Shown here one piece after another: positions 60,118 to 64,000 of a stretch of 64,000 bases of DNA; within the stretch, counting starts at the first letter, position 1; each line of letters opens with the position of its first letter. The stretch covers positions 37,262,001-37,326,000 of the forward strand of contig NC_079173.1 in assembly GCF_947568905.1 (NCBI RefSeq), given 5' to 3'. The notes below the pieces were generated by a model. The model saw only the letters and a list, made by a program, of their open reading frames with translations, had not been told where the DNA came from and made no database searches. Source of the DNA: Ostrea edulis. Lineage: Eukaryota. Both the position numbers and the translations under genes were made by a program.

Positions 60118-60912
60118 AATATGTATACGGTGTGACCGTTGGACCGAGCGAACCATGTAATGGTCATTGGAGTGTCCCAAGTGGTAATCATAATTCCGTT
60201 AAGTATGGTAGGTTATGATTCATTTAAAAATATATATTTTTAATGAAATTTTCCTTGCGCTAAAAACCCAGTAACATCTCAATATCAAAGGGGTTTATAT
60301 GGGGACAACAGTTTTACAGGATCCGCCTATTCATTGAACGCGCGAAATAAAACGCAAGGCGACGTAAACTGTGCATTGTGCCGTTACATTTAGCCTCGAC
60401 TTTTTTCTCTTTGCCAAAGCAAACAATTATAAACAACAATAATACATTCCGTATGCAATGAAAAAGGCCGTTATAAAACTAAATAAAATTAACCAATAAA
60501 TTCAAAATGGTAAAAATGTAACCGTAATTTTATCGTATATTCTTATTTAAAGAAACTCATGAACTCGTTCATCTATTTAGTCGTATTACGGTTTTATATG
60601 TAATTATTTGCTAAAACCTGTTACAATGATAATTATACTATTCACTTTGAACAAATTGAGTGTTTAAATTACGAATTGCACGTCAGAGTCTTCTATTATT
60701 GGCATTCAAAATAAAACACGAATAACTGTTGAAGCAGGTAATGAAAAAATAAATGGCGGCGCCCATATGGATCACGAAAATTTCAGTGAACGTATATAGA
60801 GATTATCTCTTTTTCTTTTGCTGATTTTGACTTTTTTCTTTTACATACGTGTTACCTTTAGAGCCTTGCTTCGCGGACGGGCCTTCGGCCCGTCCGAACT
60901 TCGCTCGGTATT
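60118..60912 (+). mobile_element. Helentron/HINE-like element, copy 2
   Basis: Direct repeat of copy 1 without the Mutator-like insertion; same subterminal repeats and 3' hairpin. Confidence 0.7.
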
Positions 60913-62439
60913 ACACTAAACTTTTATTTAATTGCTCGTGAACACACGTCTTACGAAGTATGATTTCATAATCGAAAGAGTGATACAAGCTTTCAATTAT
61001 TTTATATGACTTTTTGTGATTTTCCCCGGAATGATAAAAAAGATGTTTTGTTTGCAAATAAAAGATTCTAGAATCCAAATTTTGCTGTGATTTGGTGCAT
61101 GATATGAATATCTAATAAAACATTACTAAAAGATTCGGATATAAACGTTCTAATCTTTAAGAAAAAAATATTTCTGAAAACTTAAAACGTTATTTGTTAA
61201 TAGTTTCTATATCTACGGATAAAATCTTCTAAAAACATGTTAGTTAGAAAAGAGATATATCGAAGAAATCTATTTAAAAAAGAAATTGAAATGAAATGAC
61301 CAAGTTTCAGACAAATACAATGTATCACTCTATTCAAACGAGAAACATTTGAACCACCTTGCAGATGAAGAGGACCCAATAGAGGGGGGGGGGGGGGAAT
61401 CTGTGAAAATATTTTGAATCTTTTTAAGGAAATCATCGATAGAAACTTTCAACAGAAAGTGGGGATTTCTTATTTTCTTATATACACACGGTCACACCAT
61501 TAATGTAGATGTGCAATCTCTTTATGGCATCCGAAACACATTTTATCTAATGACAGAGCGTATTTCTATTTCGAGACAAAATGATTTTTTTTAGTGTTCC
61601 TCTTTCCTTCTTTTACGCATAGAGCCCAGCAGACGGTGTTTAAAAAGTGCACTCAAATAATCCACAGCGACAGAACCTAAACGGCGCGCCGTAGAAATGA
61701 GAAAATGAAAATGTCGTCAACAAAGGCAGTCCATTTTATCATGCTCAATATCTTCACATGGATTTTACATATATGTGAGTACATTTTTGTAGTTTGGATA
61801 CCTGAATTACAACAAAGAAGGTGTGATATCCGAGTATATTTGTGAGTGAGGCATCCGATACTCGTCCTAACAAAATGGCATCATTGAGCTGTTGAGTTAG
61901 CAAGTGGAGTAAACAACTTAATTGATCTGATTTCATTGAATTAATCGATACGGCATGAACCTTATGTTTTCTTTTGCTACGAATATATGCATCTATTGGT
62001 GTGACCTATTTTCACCACCGAGTTATTCATCCTTTGGGTAGCAGTTAGACGTGTAACAGCCGGTGTAACAGGTTGGGAACACTTCCCCTATAGCGAGATC
62101 TTCTCACTAAAACGCGAGTATCCCTAGTTAATATTATCATAAATAGGTGCTTTGGTGTCTTTATTGAAAATAATGGCAGATCCCGTGCAACGCGGAATAA
62201 GTGCTGCACGCACTCAACATGATGCGAATTGTTTCTATGAAATCGACAACATAGTCAAGAAATTGTATGTAAAAGTTGCTGCGTAAGAGGAAGCACTTGT
62301 ATATATGGTGAATTCATATGCGCATTTTCTTGTGTCACCCTACTTATTAGTTTTAATTATACATGTGTAGTACACGCATTCTTTTGCAATATTTCAATCC
62401 ACTTAGATATACACTATAAATAGTGTGCTTCTTTTTAAA

Positions 62440-64000
62440 CTTCAGTTGATTCACTCAAACCACATTATACATGGTACATGAGGTGCATTAAGTAAACATA
62501 CATCTGAGTAAGAATAAGGTCAGAATATGTACAAATATACAATATACATGTATTGAAAAGGTATTTACAAAATATATTAAGGAGGACAGACTCATAGATT
62601 TTTGAGATAAACATACAGAGTTTTTTAAGTGTTTTAACCTTACTGGTTGACATAATTTCATGAAATTTAATAACATTAGGTCTTGTGTAATACCTACTGT
62701 GTAGGTATTCTTTTCTAATATTTGACAAAGCATTGCATTCTAATATATAATGGAATTCGTCTGCAATTTTCGATTCGTTACACAAAACACAAAATCTTTC
62801 ATTATATGGAATACCAATCCATCTTCCAGTCTCTATAGGGAAGCGGTGATTTGTGGTGCGAAATTTAAGAAAAATAGTTCTGAATTTTTTTGACAATTTT
62901 TCCAAAGTCTATTTTAAAAGTTCTGTATATTTTACCTTTAGATGAATTGAACATATCGCTCGACCATGTTTGAATGAATTGATCCTTAAGTCTTTGTTTG
63001 ACAGTATTTGTTATCCATTTTCCATTTATGTTCTTTTGTTGATTCCATATATTTGAAAGACCACACATGTTTAAAATTCGATGAATACATTCAAACCAGG
63101 GGTTCTTAACAGTACCGTTAAGATATTGTGTATGCAAAAATTTATAAAGTACATTAACAATTTCAAAGTCACAACCTTGCAATAATGTAGCCCAGTATGA
63201 AATCATTTTGCTATACACATTAATATAGATTCGGAAACGACCTGTTTCGCCATATACCATAAATGAGGGCGTAGAGCTTTTCAGCTGAAAAATGTGTTTC
63301 AGAAATTTTAAATGAATGCGCTCTACAACTTGTAAATTTTCATAACCCCATATTTCACATCCATAAATTAAAACTGGTAAAACTACTTTGTCAAACAGGT
63401 CAAATTGACAACTAATTGGTAAATCAAACAATCTAATTTTCCTTATAATTCCATACATAGCTTTCTGGGCTTGTTCACATAAATGTTTCTTAGCTCTACA
63501 AAAAGACCCTGATCTAGAAAATATAATACCGAGATATTTGAATTCTTTTACATTCTCTATAACACACCCATTATAGTAAAATTGCCTTTTCATCAATGGA
63601 CCCTTTGAGAATATCAAAAATTTTGTTTTATCGACATTAACATTCAATTTCCACTGAGTACAGTATATAAAAAATTCATTCAACGCACATTGTAAATCAT
63701 CAGCAGATTCAGCCATTATAACTGTATCATCTGCATATAGCAAAATTAAAAGTTTCATGTACAACATAAGTTCTTCTTCAATTGAATTAGTAACACTTTG
63801 TAGGCCAATAATGCCTTTCTCTTGTAAAAAATATTCAAGATCGTTAATATACAAAGCAAACAGAAATGGGGATAAATTTTCGCCCTGTCTTACCCCAACA
63901 TTACATGTGAAAAAGTCAGTTGACATGCCATTTATCTTAATCATTGATTTAATTCCCATATACATATTTCTGATATAAGTAAAACATTTTCCCTTGATAC
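62440..64000 (-). mobile_element. Non-LTR retrotransposon 3' part, running off the window
   Basis: RT ORF 62865-63965 and C-terminal ORF 62465-62905 in another frame. Confidence 0.88.
62865..63965 (-). CDS. LINE reverse transcriptase (partial)
   Basis: GVRQGENLSPFLFALYIND, LLYADD, FKYLG; downstream frame has NHRFPIETGRW and CVLC..DEFHYILEC. Confidence 0.9.
   Translation of the reverse strand: MYMGIKSMIKINGMSTDFFTCNVGVRQGENLSPFLFALYINDLEYFLQEKGIIGLQSVTNSIEEELMLYMKLLILLYADDTVIMAESADDLQCALNEFFIYCTQWKLNVNVDKTKFLIFSKGPLMKRQFYYNGCVIENVKEFKYLGIIFSRSGSFCRAKKHLCEQAQKAMYGIIRKIRLFDLPISCQFDLFDKVVLPVLIYGCEIWGYENLQVVERIHLKFLKHIFQLKSSTPSFMVYGETGRFRIYINVYSKMISYWATLLQGCDFEIVNVLYKFLHTQYLNGTVKNPWFECIHRILNMCGLSNIWNQQKNINGKWITNTVKQRLKDQFIQTWSSDMFNSSKGKIYRTFKIDFGKIVKKIQNYFS

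Overview
Eukaryotic, AT-rich, repeat-dense window. The repeat repertoire and gene structure suggest a bivalve, probably an oyster; this is an inference. Three host genes can be reconstructed from splice sites: MOB4/phocein (+, only the first three coding exons, before a 200-N gap), RPL27 (-, four coding exons, 136 aa) and a secernin-family gene (+, six coding exons, with several expected catalytic residues replaced). RPL27 and secernin each carry the same 1-nt shortfall in a GGAAAAA(A)C run, most likely a homopolymer sequencing error. The most striking structure is a 16.8-kb element at 33872-50713 with Polinton/Maverick hallmarks: AGTAGT termini, a perfect 6-bp GTTGTT target-site duplication and about 97% identical 2-4 kb inverted arms. 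It has no recognisable Polinton genes. Both arms carry the same LINE insertion, the core holds a decayed CR1-like LINE and a near-intact Gypsy, and the whole element sits inside a TIR element that splits a Penelope-like fragment. Other points: two minimal type I hammerhead ribozyme motifs in secernin intron 1, two long minisatellites whose unit contains an exon end plus 5' splice donor, a duplicated splice acceptor, and a candidate exon with an in-frame TGA upstream of a CxxC motif. All coordinates, counts and identities were read by eye and no database searches were run.
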